A DNA stretch of 64,000 nucleotides from Macrostomum lignano (taxonomy: Eukaryota), in the NCBI GenBank assembly GCA_002269645.1, contig NIVC01001157.1:1-64000 (forward strand), given 5' to 3'. This document shows positions 11,091 through 26,100 of the stretch, piece by piece. The notes under the pieces are model-generated. The model worked only from the letters and a program-made list of their open reading frames with translations, searched no databases and was not told the origin of the DNA. A program made the position numbers and the translations under genes. The number at the start of each line of letters is the position of its first letter. The first letter of the stretch is position 1.

Positions 11091-11814
11091 TGAATCATAT
11101 TACGAGTATATCCTCCATGCAATTCCTGAATCTACGAGTTTTGCAGTAATTGACTTTAAAAAATCTCAGATTAAAAAAACTTAATAAACTTTTTGAGCGC
11201 ACGCAGTCAAAATACTCGAAACCAATTGCATATCTTGAACTGATAAGTTCAATTCTGGTTACTGAGCTCAATATCTGGAGTGCTCAAACACTTGACACCG
11301 CGCAGTGACTTGAGTATAGTCCGATATGATAATGGCACCGATAAACCACAGTGACATTTCTAGCTATATCATAAGGGTTATTATATGCTTCACCCCCTCC
11401 GCTTGGGCTCGGACCCACCCTATAGAGACTTGAGTGATTAAATTGAGTCTACAATGCCCCCGGTAACTCTGCATTATAGCCCCATATATTGTGCTCAAAT
11501 TTTAGCTTATACTATATCGTAGAAAGCTTTAATATTTCACGGTTTGACCGTTTGGGGCCGGCATGCAATTATTCAGCATTTGATCTTCTATTTGTTTATC
11601 TTATGCTTATAGATTATGCCATTTTTCTCTTGTTTGCTTCCGTGCCTCGAAATCCAGCCATTTTTTTCATAAGGCCTGGCCAGGGACTCTTATCGTAACA
11701 CGCTTTCGGATTGGAAAGCCTGTTGTCAATTGAAATGCGATAGCTTCCATTCCGACGCAATCTCTTTTCTAGCTCTCTATTTTCCTTTTTCTCTTATCTT
11801 CCTGCCTGCTCCAT

Positions 11815-12200
11815 CAAGATCTCCCCCCTCTTTCCCCTCTTTCCCCTCTTTTCCTTTTCCTCTCTAACCCCTCTTTCCCCTCCATCTCCTCTTTACCTTC
11901 ATCCCCTCTTTCCCAATCCCCTGTTTTCCCTCTTTCCCCTCTTTCCCCTCTTCCCCTTTTCCTATTTACCCTCTTCCCCTCTTTCCCCTCTTTCCCTCTC
12001 CACCTCTTCCAATCTTTCCTCTCTTTTCTCTCCCCATCTTTACCCTCTTCACCTCTTCCCCTCTTTCCCTCTTTCCCTCTTTCCCTTTCCCTCTTTCCCT
12101 CTTCCCCTCTTTCCCCTCTAACCACTCTTTCCACTAGTTCCCCATCCCCTCTTCTCCTCTTTCCCTCTCAACCTCTTCCCCTCTTTCCCCTGTTTCCCTT
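11815..12200. repeat. Pyrimidine-rich 9-mer repeat (TTTCCCTCT/TTCCCCTCT)
   Basis: Direct reading. Confidence 0.85.
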
Positions 12201-13067
12201 TTTCCCTCCGTCCCACTTTTGCACTCTTGCCACTCCTGTCTATCTCCCCTGTCTCTCCACTCCCCTCTCCATCTCTCCCCATCTCTGTCTCCACTACTTC
12301 CATGTTTAACAGTTCAGTTAACTCCACTGTTTGTTAGAATTCAAGCAAACTGCTTTACAATTATTGCATTTCCTGCAACATTGCTCACCTATCTTCTCAC
12401 TGTCTGTTCTGTCTGCGTATGTGAGATTAATAAAGTTAGAAATCACAAAAGGTTATGCATCCAGCCCATGCCAGGATTCCAGAGGTCCCCTATAGTACGC
12501 ACACAAGAGTTGCAGATAAGATAACCTGAGGCAGCGCAATATTCTCACGAAAACTAGAAAGCAGATACAACCAATAGTTAACATGCCGCATGGCGCTAAG
12601 ATACGATACGAGTTAGAAGTTGCCAAACATATTTTTAGTCTCAGTTCCGATTAGAATTATGAATGCAACACAGAAGTTCAACTAAAAATTAGACAAGGGC
12701 CTAAAATTTTTTTACCTACCTCAAAATATATAGTCTTCTTTAATCCCTTCTATATCCTGACGCGTAATCCCTCACCAACTGACTCGGTCGATTTCAATAT
12801 GACTTGACCATCATGTGATGATGCAATGGTGTGAGCACGGATTAAATCCTTTACCTACGTGACAGGGTTTTTTGCCTTTGTATGAAGCACCTCTTCTTGA
12901 TTAGAAGACTATAAGTTTAACTGTTTGAAACCCTTAAAATCCAAGGGTGTTATAGATAGCGGTATTATAGTCATGGGTTGTCTGATCTGAGTCAGACTGC
13001 ATGCAGACAGCCCCGCTATTGTAAATCGTTTCTATGCTAGCTCTAGGCTGAGAAATTAATCTCCTTT

Positions 13068-13440
13068 CAGATCCTTCAGTGCCTGCTGCCCCTCCCCTCA
13101 GATCCTTCAGTGCCTGCTGCCCCTCCCCTCAGATCCTTCAGTGCCTGCTGCCCCTCCCCTCAGATCCTTCAGTGCCTGCTGCCCCTCTCCTCAGATCCTT
13201 CAGGGACTGCTGCCCCTCCCCTCAGATTCTTCAGTGCCTGCTGCCCCTCAACCCCAGATCCTTCAGTGACTGCTGCCCCTCCCCTCAGATACTTCAGTGC
13301 CTGCTGCCCCTCCCCTCAGATCCCTCAGTGGCTGCTGCCCCTCCACTCAGATCCCTCAGTGGCTGCTGCCCCTCCCCTCAGATTCTTCAGTGGCTGCTGC
13401 CCCTCCCCTCAGATCCTCCAGTCCTTCTCTTCCCCTCAGA
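13068..13440. repeat. 31-bp minisatellite (AGATCCTTCAGTGCCTGCTGCCCCTCCCCTC)
   Basis: About 12 tandem units. Confidence 0.9.
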
Positions 13441-14136
13441 AGCAAAATATTTATTCATATTTTCATAAAAATACAAAGCCAAAAGCAAGTACTGAATTTC
13501 AGTTCCGTGAAACAAATGGCTCATCTAGAATTGTTTATTTTCTCTGTCTGTAAAAAAACACGAAATGAATTGAGCTGGACTCAGCTTGCGACCAGCACAA
13601 TTTCTCAGCAAGACAAACTATTATTTATTTTTTGTATGAAGCTTGAACTCTTACACGCAATTGCCGAAGTACTTTTAGCGCAGTGAATTATGATGAGGAA
13701 GCAGCCAGCCTCCCCCAATGCATTAAACAAGTTAAAGAGATAAGCACAATAAGCTGGTGTGAGTTACTGATATCTTTTAATCAAGAAATGATGAGCCACC
13801 TGTAGGGGAATTATCGATTAGATTCAAGAATTGAGCATAGAGATAAGCTCTGAAGAAGCTGCACAAAAGTCTTGAAGCTTTGATGCCGCTCAAAGGTCGA
13901 CGAGTAGTTATTGATTTTTGCAGACATGGCATTGTTCGGCAATTCTCAAGCCGGATTAGGCGGTTTCTTAGAAATTCCCGAAGAGTTAGCGAACGAATTC
14001 GTTGCGTTCTAAAAAAATAGGTCATAAAAAAGATTGCCACGATTTTCAGTAATCCTGCTCTATTAATACTACTATTATCGGTGAGCAGTAGAAAGTAAAG
14101 AATATTGTTAGAATAATTTGTTTTGTTTTCTCGGAC

Positions 14137-17100
14137 CTTATTTGCCGTGACCGATTCGGGCTGGGCAGCGGCGGCTGAATTTGCCAGCAGGGAGCCGTTT
14201 GGGTGACTGGCGAGCAGCGTCTGCGGCCTGAGGGGGCGGCGGCGGGAACGGGGACTGTACAGGCTGACAAGACCGACTCTGTGTAGCTATCTATCATGAT
14301 GCAACACAATCGATCAACATCCCATGTCATTTAGGTGCCATCTCCATCCCATCCTCATCCTCATCCCATTCCATCCCATCCTCATCCTCATCCCCTCCCA
14401 TTCTAATCCCCTCCCATTCTCATCCCTGTATCCTATCCCAGCCCATCACATCCTCATCCTCATCCCCATCCCATCCTCTCCCATCCTCATCCTATCCCCT
14501 CCCCCCTATCCTCATCCCATCCTCTTCCCATTCTATCTTCATCCTCTTCCATCCTCATCCCATCCCATCCCATCCCATCCCATCCCCATCCCATCCCAAT
14601 CCCCATCCCATCCCAATCCCCATCCGCATCCGCATCGTCATCCCATCGCCATCTCATCCCCATCCTCATCCGCATCCATCACCATCCCCATCCTAATCCT
14701 TATCCCATCCCATCCTCATCTCAACCTCATCCCATCCCATCATCCCATCCTTATCCCCATCCTCATCCCCATCCCATCCTATCCCCATCCCATCTCATCG
14801 CCATCCCATTTATCGTCATCCCATTCTCATCCCATCCCATCCCATCCCATCCTCATCCCATCCCATTCTCATCCAATCTTCATGCCATCCCTTCAAATTT
14901 TCATCTTAAACAATCCGACTCCATCCCATCTCATCCCACTCGCATTTATTCCTAATCTTATACGATCCGATCGCACCCAAGTTCATCCCATCCAGCTCCC
15001 TCAGCCTCACATCCGGGCCGCGGCCGAGTCGTGCCCATACTCAACCAGAGTCGGCCCGTTCCCAATGACCGTGGCGTCGCCAACGACCACCGCCTCGACG
15101 GTGATCAACGAAGTCCCCGCGGCAACTGTCGGCGTCGGCGAGCCGGGCGTCGTGAAATCCTCGGCGTCGGCGCGCGGCGCCCGTCGGAAATCGACTGGCC
15201 GACCAAGTCGAGCGGTCAACGCGTCGGCGGCCTCCTCCAGCAGGGCCTCCTTGAGCAGCCGACGGCCGACGGCTGCTCGATCGTCCTGAGGCTCCACTTT
15301 GCTGGACGTCTGCGGCGCTTCCGCTGGCTTTTGCTGCTGAGCCGCTGTCGACTTTCGATGCTGCTGATGATGATGGTGGGAATGATGACGCTGCTGACTT
15401 CGCCGGCTAGACGAACGTTCGCGACGATCTCTAAAGCCGCTGTTGTCGCCAGCAGTTGTCGGCGAGTCGTCTGTCATTGCGAACGGATTCCTACGCTGCG
15501 GGAATAACTCCTTCTTCTTCGGGGGGACGTAGACTCCCACAGGATTGACGTGGCTCTTCTTGCTTTGCTGCTGTTGCCGCCTCTTCCCGGAGTCGGGCGA
15601 GCGGGACTTGCGACGATTAGTTAACTGGGTCTGCTTTTGAAGAAGTTGCGCTTTAATTCAGCTAGGTTTTGAGTTTTTAAGGCTCTCTACGAGCGTGCCG
15701 GCCCCTCTATGGGTTTAGACTTTCATCCTATAGTTCTACAGTATTTAAGCTCTTTACTGTATAATTTTTTTGTTTTTAGGCTCTCTACCTAATGTTTCTA
15801 CAGTTTTTAGGCTCCCTACCTTGAAGGCTCTCTACACAAATATTTCTACAATTTTTAGGCTTACAAACGCACTTGATCACAGAGGGCTCTTCCATGTAGC
15901 TGCTCCGTAGACTAAAATATGATGCTGTCATCTCTACCCTGTCCTCCGTGGCTCCATTCTAGCCAATAGCCCCCTCCAAAGTCTCTAATCCTACATGCGT
16001 GTTTGATGAGCTCTCTACCGCACCTTTACTCCTCTACATAAGGGGGCTCTCTACGAACTCGTGCAACTCAGCCTCTGCTACTGTGCTTTGCGCTGGGGAT
16101 CCTATTCTTGTTCTTTAAAGACAGCTGTTAGCTCATCTGAATTTGGTGGCTGTCCCAATTTTGGAGGCTCTCTACGACCCATTGTTGTGGCTCTGTACTC
16201 TTTTGGTACTTTTCGTCATACTATACAGTAGGCAAATAAGGAGCTTTCACCAAATGAAATAACAAATCTGTGTTCAAAAGATGAACTGTGCTCCATCTTA
16301 CGCTCGAATGCTGAGCTGCAGCAGTTGATGAAATCGAGGGAGCAAACGGTTGCACACTCAGGCTGGTCGGTCTGCGAACTGGAGACGCAACCAACTGGAT
16401 GGAGTCTGAGGCGGCTGAAATTCCGAATTGACTCAAAGTAAGACTTGTGGACTTGCGGATAGTCAGAGAGGCAAGAGACAGGGAAATGCGAAGATGGACG
16501 GGCCAAGTACACCGACTGTCTTCGGAGATAAAATCAACTATTATTATCTTGGACTACATACACTCGTATATTATACAAAAGTCGTCTCAAAGACGTGCAC
16601 TGTATCACTGTGGAAGAGATGGAACCAAAGTGTCAGCTAGTGGGTTTAGTAGTCAACTCTAAACAAACTTTTGGGAAGTTTCATTGGCCCTTAATTAGCT
16701 TCTTGGCAAGTCCCTGTCGAGCCTTCCTGAGCTTCTCTTCTGGGTCATTTGAATAGTCTCCCTCTCAGGTCACCCAGAGGTTCTATTAACTCATCTAGAT
16801 GCTCTCTTCTAGGTCATTTAGATGTTCTCTTCTAGGTCTTCTAGATGCTCTCTTCTAGGTCTTCTAGATGCTCTCTTCTAGGTCTTCTAGATGCTCTCTT
16901 CTAGGTCTTCTAGATGCTCTCTTCTAGGTCTTCTAGATGCTCTCTTCTAGGTCTTCTAGATGCTCTCTTCTAGGTCTTCTAGATGCTATCTTCTAGGTCT
17001 TCTAGATGCTCTCTTCTAGGTCTTCTAGATGCTCTCTTCTAGGTCTTCTAGATGCTCTCTTCTAGGTCTTCTAGATGCTCTCTTCTAGGTCTTCTAGATG

Positions 17101-20100
17101 CTCTCTTCTAGGTCTTCTAGATGCTCTCTTCTAGGTCTTCTAGATGTTCTCTCCTGGGATTCTAAAGACTCTCTCCCGGCCATTGTTGCCAACCCGGAAA
17201 GAAGCCTCACCCTCATCCGGCGGTCTGCACCCGTGCACGCTGGCAGCGGTTGCTCCCAGAGGCAGCTGGAGGGCCAAGCCGCTGCAGCCTTCATCATTGA
17301 GCGCGTCAGAAGCTGCGGCCGCTGATGAGGCTCCAGCAGCTCCAGCAGCAGCAGATGCGGATGATGCTGCTGCCTCCTCTCGATCCGGAACCTCAGAAAA
17401 GTCCATTCGTAGCTGTCGCCGGTTTCCACGGGTTTCGAGAAATTTCAATTTTTATTGTTTGAAAATTGTAAAAAAATGGATAGGTCTAACATTTCAAATC
17501 TTAGCTGTACACCCTGTGTGATCGCCTGTGCCTTGCTACGGGTCACCTGTCCCTTTGAGAGTCTGAGTAGCTGAATTCTCCTTTGTGAGCTTAATTAAAT
17601 CTGTTTTTTTTACCTGCCATTCTCGAAGTCCAGCAGCTCGGCTGTCACCGGTGCTCTCTTTTGCTTTGTCTCTCACGCGCTCTGTGAATGTTCGCGCGCT
17701 GGCTCGAACGCTACTGCTTAGTAGGCGCCATTTTTGGCGCGCTTGGGAGCGCAAGGCGCGCTCCTGCTCGGGGTCGGCGGCTGGGCGCCTGACCGTGTGG
17801 TCTCGTGAGTAGAAACCTGCAGTTTGAGACAAAATGTTTGTCTGAGATCTTAAAGCTCAAGAAGTGATTCCAAACTCCCAGATTCTTCAATGATCCCAAA
17901 CTCCCAGACTCTGAAATGATCCCAAACTCCCAGATTCTCCAATGATCCCAAACTCTCAGACTCTGAACTGATTCCAAACTCCCAGATTCTTCAATGATCC
18001 CAAGCTCCCAGACTCTGAAATGATCCCAAACTCCCAAACTCTGAAATGATCCCAAACTCCCAGATTCTCCAATGATCCCAAACTCTCAGACTCTGAACTG
18101 ATCCCAAACTCCCAGATTCTGAACTGATCCCAAGCTCCCAGACTCTGAAATGATCCCAAACTCCCAGATTCTGAAATGATCCCAAACTCCCAGATTCTCC
18201 AATGATCCCAAACTCCCAGATTCTGAAATGATCCCAAACTCCCACATTCTTCAATCATCCCAAACTCCCAGATTCTGAAATAATCCCAAACTCCCAGATT
18301 CTGAAATGATCCCAAACTCCCAGATTCTCCAATGATCCCAAACTCAGACTCTGAACTGATCCCAAACTCCCAGATTCTGAACTGATCCCAAACTCCCAGA
18401 TTCTCCAATGATCCCAAACTCCCAGATTCTGAAATGATCCCAAACTCCCACATTCTGAAATAATCCCAAACTCCCAGACTCTGAAATGATCCCAAACTCC
18501 CAGATTCTGAAATGATCCCAAACTTCCAGACTCTGAAATAATCCCAAACTCCCAGATTCTGAAATGATCCCAAACTCCCTGATTCTCCAATGATTCCATA
18601 CTCTTAGACTCTGAAATAATCCCAAACTCCCAGATTCTTCAATGATCCCAAACTCCCAGATTCTGAAATGATCCTAAACTCCCAGATTCTGAAGTGATCC
18701 CATACTCCCAGATTCTGAAATGATCCTATACTCCCAGATTCTGAAATAATCCCAAACTCCCAGATTCTTCAATGATCCCAAACTCCCAGATTCTGAAATG
18801 ATCCTAAACTCCCAGATTCTGAAATGATCCCATACTCCCAGATTCTGAAATGATCCCATACTCCCAGATTCTGAAATAATCCCAAACTCCCAGATTCTTC
18901 AATGATCCCAAACTCCCAGATTCTGAAATGATCCCAAACTCCCACATTCTCCAATCATCCCAAACTTTCAGTTTCTCAAATGATCCCAAACTCCCTGATT
19001 CTCCAATGATCCCAAACTTCCACATTCTCCAATCATCCCAAACTTTCAGTTTCTCAAATGATCCCAAACTCCCTGATTCTCCAATGATCCCAAACTCTTA
19101 GATTCTGAAATGATCCCAAACTCCCAGATTCTGAAATGATCCCAAACTCCCAATTTCTGAAATGATCCAAAACTCCCAGACTCTGAAATGATCCCAAACT
19201 CCCAGATTCTCCAATGACCCCAAACTCCCAGACTTCGTTGTGATCCCAGACCCACCAGTATCGCGCTTCTTCTTCTCCATCAGCATGCAAAACATGGCTG
19301 AGAGCTCGCTAGTTTTGGACTCGCTCACCGCGCGTTCCAAATCAGCTTTCGACATCTTCACCATGTGGGAAAGTTCTTCGGCAACCTGATTCGAGTGTTG
19401 GCGTTCTAGTTTATTTAAAATCAATTTTAGATTAATTAACTTTTAGAAAAAGCACTAATTGTTATTGTGTTAGATTCTTCTGTGCAGCATTTTACATCTA
19501 GTAAAAGCAAAATCAGGCTTTTGCCAGGCTCGAAACTAAAAAAGTTATTTTTTAAACGACAGTTTAGATAGAATAGAACAGACCGGAGGATGGAGGGTGG
19601 AGGGTGGAGGGTGGAGGGTGGAGGGTGGAGGGTAAAGTATTTTCCAAAAGTACAAATAGCTGAAAATATTAAAAAATTTAAACCTGAATTTTAAATACTT
19701 TTATCAATACCTACGAGTATATTTTGTTCTGTACTTTACTCTACAACATGACCTTGAACTGTACTCGGTTACAGAAGTTAGCGCACTTTATAAGTAAGGG
19801 ATATAGTTTCTTTGGCATCATAAAATACACCCCGTACTAAATTTTATCGCTCAAGTCTCCGGCCTATGTTTACTATAGGAGTCGATTTGTGTCATAAAAT
19901 TAATTGAGTATACTGTAGTACCCGAATATATTACTTGATAATTCACTTAGAACATTGGACACACTTTCCATTCCTTTCATTTTGAGAAGCACATGGGGGA
20001 ATCCCTTATTCTCTTAAACGCATGGGAATTATCCCTTTTCTTAAACATGCAAAAATCCCTTATTTTCATAAACATACAGGAATTCCCCTATTTTTATAAG

Positions 20101-23100
20101 AACACAGGAATCCCCCATTTAGAAAAACAGATAGGAATCCCCCATTTAGATAAACACATGGGAAGCCTCCACTTAGATAAACACACGGGAATCGCCCATT
20201 TAGATAAACACACTGAAATCCTCCATTTAGATAAACACACGGGAATCCTCCACTTGGATAAACACACGGGCATCCCCCATTTAGAAAAACACACGGGCAT
20301 CCCCCATTTAGAAAAAAACACACGGGAATCCCCCATTTAGAAAAAAACACACGGGAATCCCCCATTTAGAAAAAAACACACGGGCATCCCCCATTTAGAA
20401 AAAAACACACGGGAATCCCCCATTTAGAAAAACACACGGGCATCCCCCATTTAGAAAAAAACACACGGGAATCCCCCTTTAGAAAACACACGGGCATCCC
20501 CCATTTAGAAAAAAACACACGGGAATCCCCCATTAGAAAACACACGGGAATCCCCCATTTAGAAAAACACACGGGCATCCTCCATTTAGAAAAAAACACA
20601 CGGGAATCCCCCTTTAGAAAACACACGGGCATCCCCCATTTAGAAAAAAACACACGGGCATCCCCCATTTAGAAAAAAACACACGGGAATCCCCCTTTAG
20701 AAAACACACAGGAATCCCCCATTTTCAGAAACACACGGGAATCCCTTTTCTCAATAGACCCCCATTACTTACGAGTAAAGCTCCGTATCTAAGCAGGACC
20801 CAATCAAAGTGAACTCATAACTCGCTAACCTGGCTCTCCAACTGCAGATCTGAGCTGCCTCCGAAGGCGGAGTCGGCCTGCAAGTCGCTCGGTCGGTGCT
20901 TCCGAGCGTGACCCGGGTGTCCGCAAACCGCCCACTGCGCGGTGAAGACGCGACGGACGTTGGCATATTCGACTATGTTCTCTCATAAATAATAATATCG
21001 AATATCGATTTTTTATAGGTTTTTTTCGAGCTCGAAGTTTGCGCACGACAAGTAAATGATGTTAATTATAATGATGCTATCAATGATTAATATCGAAACT
21101 TAAGCATAAAATAAATTTTCTATTTATAGTTCCATAATAAAGAACATGCAAGTGATTAGTGAATGGTTTAATGGTTTAAATTTATAGATGGGGACACCTC
21201 AGGATTCTAGATGTGGACACCCAGGTTTCTAGATGTGGACACCTCAGGTTTCTAGATGTGGACACCTCAGGTTTCTAGATGTGGACACCTCAGTTTTCTA
21301 GATGTGGACACCTCAGTTTTCTAGATGTGGACACCCAGGTTTCTAGATGTGGACACCCAGGTTTCTAGATGTGGACACAGGTTTCTAGATGTGAACACCC
21401 CGGTTTCTAGATGTGGACACCCAGGTTTCTAGATGTGGACACCCAGGTTTCTAGATGTGGACACCTCAGGTTTCTAGATGTGGACACCTCAGGTTTCTAG
21501 ATGTGGACACCTCAGTTTTCTAGATGTGGACACCCAGGTTTCTAGATGTGGACACCCAGGTTTCTAGATGTGGACACCCAGGTTTCTAGATGTGGAAACC
21601 CCGGTCTCTAGATGTGGACACCTCAGTTTTCTAGATGTGGACACCCAGTTTTCTAGATGTGGACACCCAGGTTTCTAGATGTGGACACCCAGGTTTCTAG
21701 ATGTGGACACCCAGGTTTCTAGATGTGGACACCCCGGTCTCTAGATGTGGACACCTCAGTTTTCTAGATGTGGACACCCAGGTTTCTAGATGTGGACACC
21801 CAGGTTTCTAGATGTGGACACCCAGGTTTCTAGATGTGGACACCCAGGTTTCTAGATGTGGACACCCAGGTTTCTAGATGTGGACACCCCGGTCTCTAGA
21901 TGTGGACACCCAGGTTTCTAGATGTGGACACCCAGGTTTCTAGATGTGGACACCCAGGTTTCTAGATGTGGACACCCCGGTCTCTAGATGTGGACACCCA
22001 GGTTTCTAGATGTGGACACCCAGGTTTCTAGATGTGGACACCCAGGTTTCTAGATGTGGACACCCCGGTCTCTAGATGTGGACACAACGAATTCCGGACG
22101 CAGTACAGATCAGCTCAGCAGCCTCTATAATCAATGCCATCATAATCTGAATTTTTCATCCGAATACAGCAGTGTTATATGCTGGAGTTGACCCACCGCC
22201 TGTACCATCTGCGATGAGGAATGCGCGAGGCGGCCGTCCCAGCCTCTCTGCTCAGCTAGCCCTATTCCGAAATCTGATCTGCATCAGGATTAGGCCAGTG
22301 TAGCCCCGAATTCTACTGTACTCGCTAAGGGGGACGGCTGGAGGGGCCAGTCGAACCCGTTCTAAGTGGAACAGTTGCCTTTGCGCTCATGGCTCAGTTC
22401 TACTCAATTCTTTTCGTCTTTAACGTTTTTGTCTTCTAATTTTTTTAGTAGCTAGAGTCTGTGGTAGTTTTTTGTGTCTGTGGTAGAGCCTGTGGTAGTG
22501 TCTGTGGTAGTGCCTGTGGTGGTGTCTGTGGTAGTGTCTGCGGTAGTGCCTGTGGTAGTGTCTGTGGTAGTTTTTAGATTATGTGGTAGTATTTGTGGTA
22601 GTTTTTATTTTATGTGGTAGTGTCTGTGGTAGTTTTTAGTTTATGTGGTAGTGTCTGTGGTAGTTTTTAGTTTATGTGTTAGTGTCTGTGGTAGTTTTTA
22701 TTTTATGTGGTAGTGTCTGTGGTAGTTTTTAGTTTATGTGGTAGTGTCTGTGGTAGTTTTTAGTTTATGTGTTAATGTCTGTGGTAGTTTTTAGTTTATG
22801 TGTTAGTGTCTGTGGTAGTTTTTAGTTTATGTGGTAGTTTCTATGGTAGTTTTTAGTTTATTTGTTAGTGTCTGTCGTGGTGTTTGTAGTAGTTGTCTGC
22901 GATAGTGTTTGTGGTAGTGTATGGGATAGTGTCTGTAGTCTATTAGTAGCCTAGTAGCCTCTAATATACTTGAACAGGCAGACCTACAAGAGCTGCGGCA
23001 CGGGGCAGTTTAGAATTTCGTTGATAATTATTCGAAATTCAACACTTATTAAGCGCTGCCCCAACATATTTGCAGTCAGCATCTGTACTGCATCATTTTA

Positions 23101-26100
23101 TCCAGCTTACTGAGCCCTGAGCACTGCCCCCCCATGCGACATGGATTGCTATATTCAACCATAGCAACTGCAGATGTTGATTAAATCTCGATATGGAAAC
23201 GATTTTTTTGGGTTTTATTTCCAACAAAAAATCGATAGACTGCTTGAGGGACTTCAGTCGAGTCTAAATGTGAGAGTGCAGCAAGGCACCATATTGTATA
23301 GGAGCTGGTATTCCTCCTAGCAATGGATATTTAGCCTTGCCTGGGAATTAACGACTTGGAATTGCCCATGGGAGGAGGCGCCAGAGAGAGGAGGCGGGAG
23401 GCAGAGAGTCGAAGGGTTGAGTCGAGAAGGTTTAGGCTGAAGTGCTTCCAGCCCGCCCGCCCATGGTTCTCACAGTCTTGGTCAGGATTTCTGCTTCTAA
23501 GAGAGAGATGGGGTTAGAGGCAGCTGGCGATAATCTTTCCAATCATCTTTTGGGGGAGTGTGGAGAAGTGGACAGCGTTTTGGAAAGTTTAGGGCGACCG
23601 GCTGCGCCTGCTGGCTGATGGGGCGCTTGGCGGATGCTGCTGAGAGTCTGAAGGCAAACGGACTTCTGCTTCTTTGACGCTGTCCTATGGTGTGCTTTTG
23701 TTTTTTATATACTGACTGACCGACTGACTGACTGACTGACTGACTGACCGACTGACTGACTGACTGACTGACTGACTGACTGACTGACTGACTGACTGAC
23801 TGACTGACTGACTGACTGACTGACTGACTGACTGACTGACTGACTGACTGACTGACTGACTGACTGACTGACTGACTGACTGACTGACTGACTGACTGAC
23901 TGACTGACTGACTGACTGACTGACTTAAGTGAGTGGGTGAGTGACTTGAGTGAGTGGGTGACTGACTGACTGACTGACTGACTGACTGACTGACTGACTG
24001 ACTGACTGACTGACTAACTGGCTGACTGACTGACTGACTGACTGACTGACTGACTGACTGACTGACTACCCAAACCGGTCAGAACCGTGACACGCACAGA
24101 ATCATCCTGGCAGCAGCTACCAGGCTGACAGCGCACTGATGAGCTCAATGACAGATCATTCTGAGAGGTGCTGTCGCTGCTGCTGTCGCTCGCAAAGCTG
24201 CTGTCACTGTTTCCATTTGTGCACTGCAACTGCAATTTTTATTTATAAGGTGATTCGATCGAATTGTAAGGATTAAAATTTACATTGATGGTAGTTGTGA
24301 CATGCTTTTGATTAAACAAAACTAATGCCTAAGCTATCCAAATATAAGCGCTTAAAACGCAAGCCGTTTCGTTAATTATGTTAGTTGCCTCATCTCCGCG
24401 ACTTTCATCACAAAAAGATTGCGGCTTCTTACGCACTTGAAAATGTATGAGCTTCCTTCAAAATATGAGATGCAAATGAAACAAAGACTACTACTCACTT
24501 CCGTTCTGAGCGCCGGGTCTTTGGGTTGCCCCAAGTAGAATGCGAAGGGTATCCGGTTGCCCTTGGTTACCCAGCTCTGCTTGGGGATCTCGCACAGAGG
24601 CAGTCGTAAGTTAGGACTGGGCTCCACCAGCTGGCGAATCAGGCTTTGAAGGTCTGCAAAGAATTGTTTTGGCAATATTCCTGTGACCCAGCTTGACTCA
24701 TTGTGACCCATATTGGCTCATTGTGACCCAGCTTGACTCAAATTTTGATCCATATTGACTAATAGTGACTCTTCTAGACTAATTGTGACCATATTGACCC
24801 ATTGTGACCAATTGACCCATTGTGACCATATTGACCTATTGTGACCATATTGACCCATTGTGACCCATCTTGACTCATTGTGACCCAGCTTGACTCATTG
24901 GGACCCATCTAGACTCATTAAGACCCAGCTTGACTCATGGGGACCCATCTAGACTCATTGGGACCCAGCTTGACTCATTTTGGCCCATCTAGACTCATTG
25001 GGACCCATCTAGACCCATTGTGACCATATTGACCCATTGTGACCATATTGACCCATTGTGACCCATCTTGACTCATTGTGACCCATATCGACTCATTGAC
25101 AATCCTGACTCATCATGACCCATTCAATCTTGACTCACGCCCATTTGGAGCCATTATGACATCTTTATATTTATTTTGACCTACCTTGACGCATCTTGAC
25201 CGATTAAAAACCATTAAGACTATTTATCTGACCCAATCTCACTCGAATTTTTTCCGACCCACCCAAGATCCCAACAACAGAAGATACTGAAGTAGGCCGC
25301 ACCAGCAGTTAGGTGCGCCATGTCCCGGTAGTGCCTGGCCTGCAGTCCCTGTCGGATGAGGCCAATCAGCCTCTTGTTCCGATTGTGATCGTGATAGGGC
25401 GAGTTGAATGGCAGGTGGCCGACTGTTGAGGTGAACAAGATGATGCCCCTGAAAATGGGGATTGAGGAAGCATGTCAGGAAGTTGTTTTTGGCCAAAGTA
25501 ACTGTTTTATCTAGCGAAAGTTGAAGACGAAGAGTTGGAGAGGCAGAGTTGGAGAGAGACAAGAGAGTTGGAGTAGATGAGGTAGATATGGAGAGGTGGA
25601 GAGGGAGATGGAGAGATAGAGAGGGAGAGGTGGGCAGGGAGAGTTAGTGAGGGAGAATTGGAGTAGAGGAGGTAGAGAGTAAGAATTGGAGTAGAGGAGG
25701 TAGACAGGGAGAAATGGAGTAGAGGAGGTAGAGAGGGAGAAATGGAGTAGAGGAGGTAGAGAGGGAGAATTGGAGTAGAGGAGGTAGAGAGGGAGAATGG
25801 GAGTAGAGGAGGTAGAGAGTAAGAATTGGAGTAGAGGAGGTAGAGAGGGAGAAATGGAGTAGAGGAGGTAGAGAGGGAGAATTCGAGTAGAGGAGGTAGA
25901 GAGGGAGAATTCGAGTAGAGGAGGTAGAGAGGGAGAAATGGAGTAGAGGAGGAAGTGAAGGAAAGTTGGGGAGGGAGAAAAGAGATTGAGTAGTTAGAAG
26001 AGCCAGCAAAGAGTTCAAAGAGACGAGAAGCAGAGAACAAGAGCTGATTCACCAGCTGTCAAGTTATATTTATACATAACAAAAAAGCAATCGTTGCACC

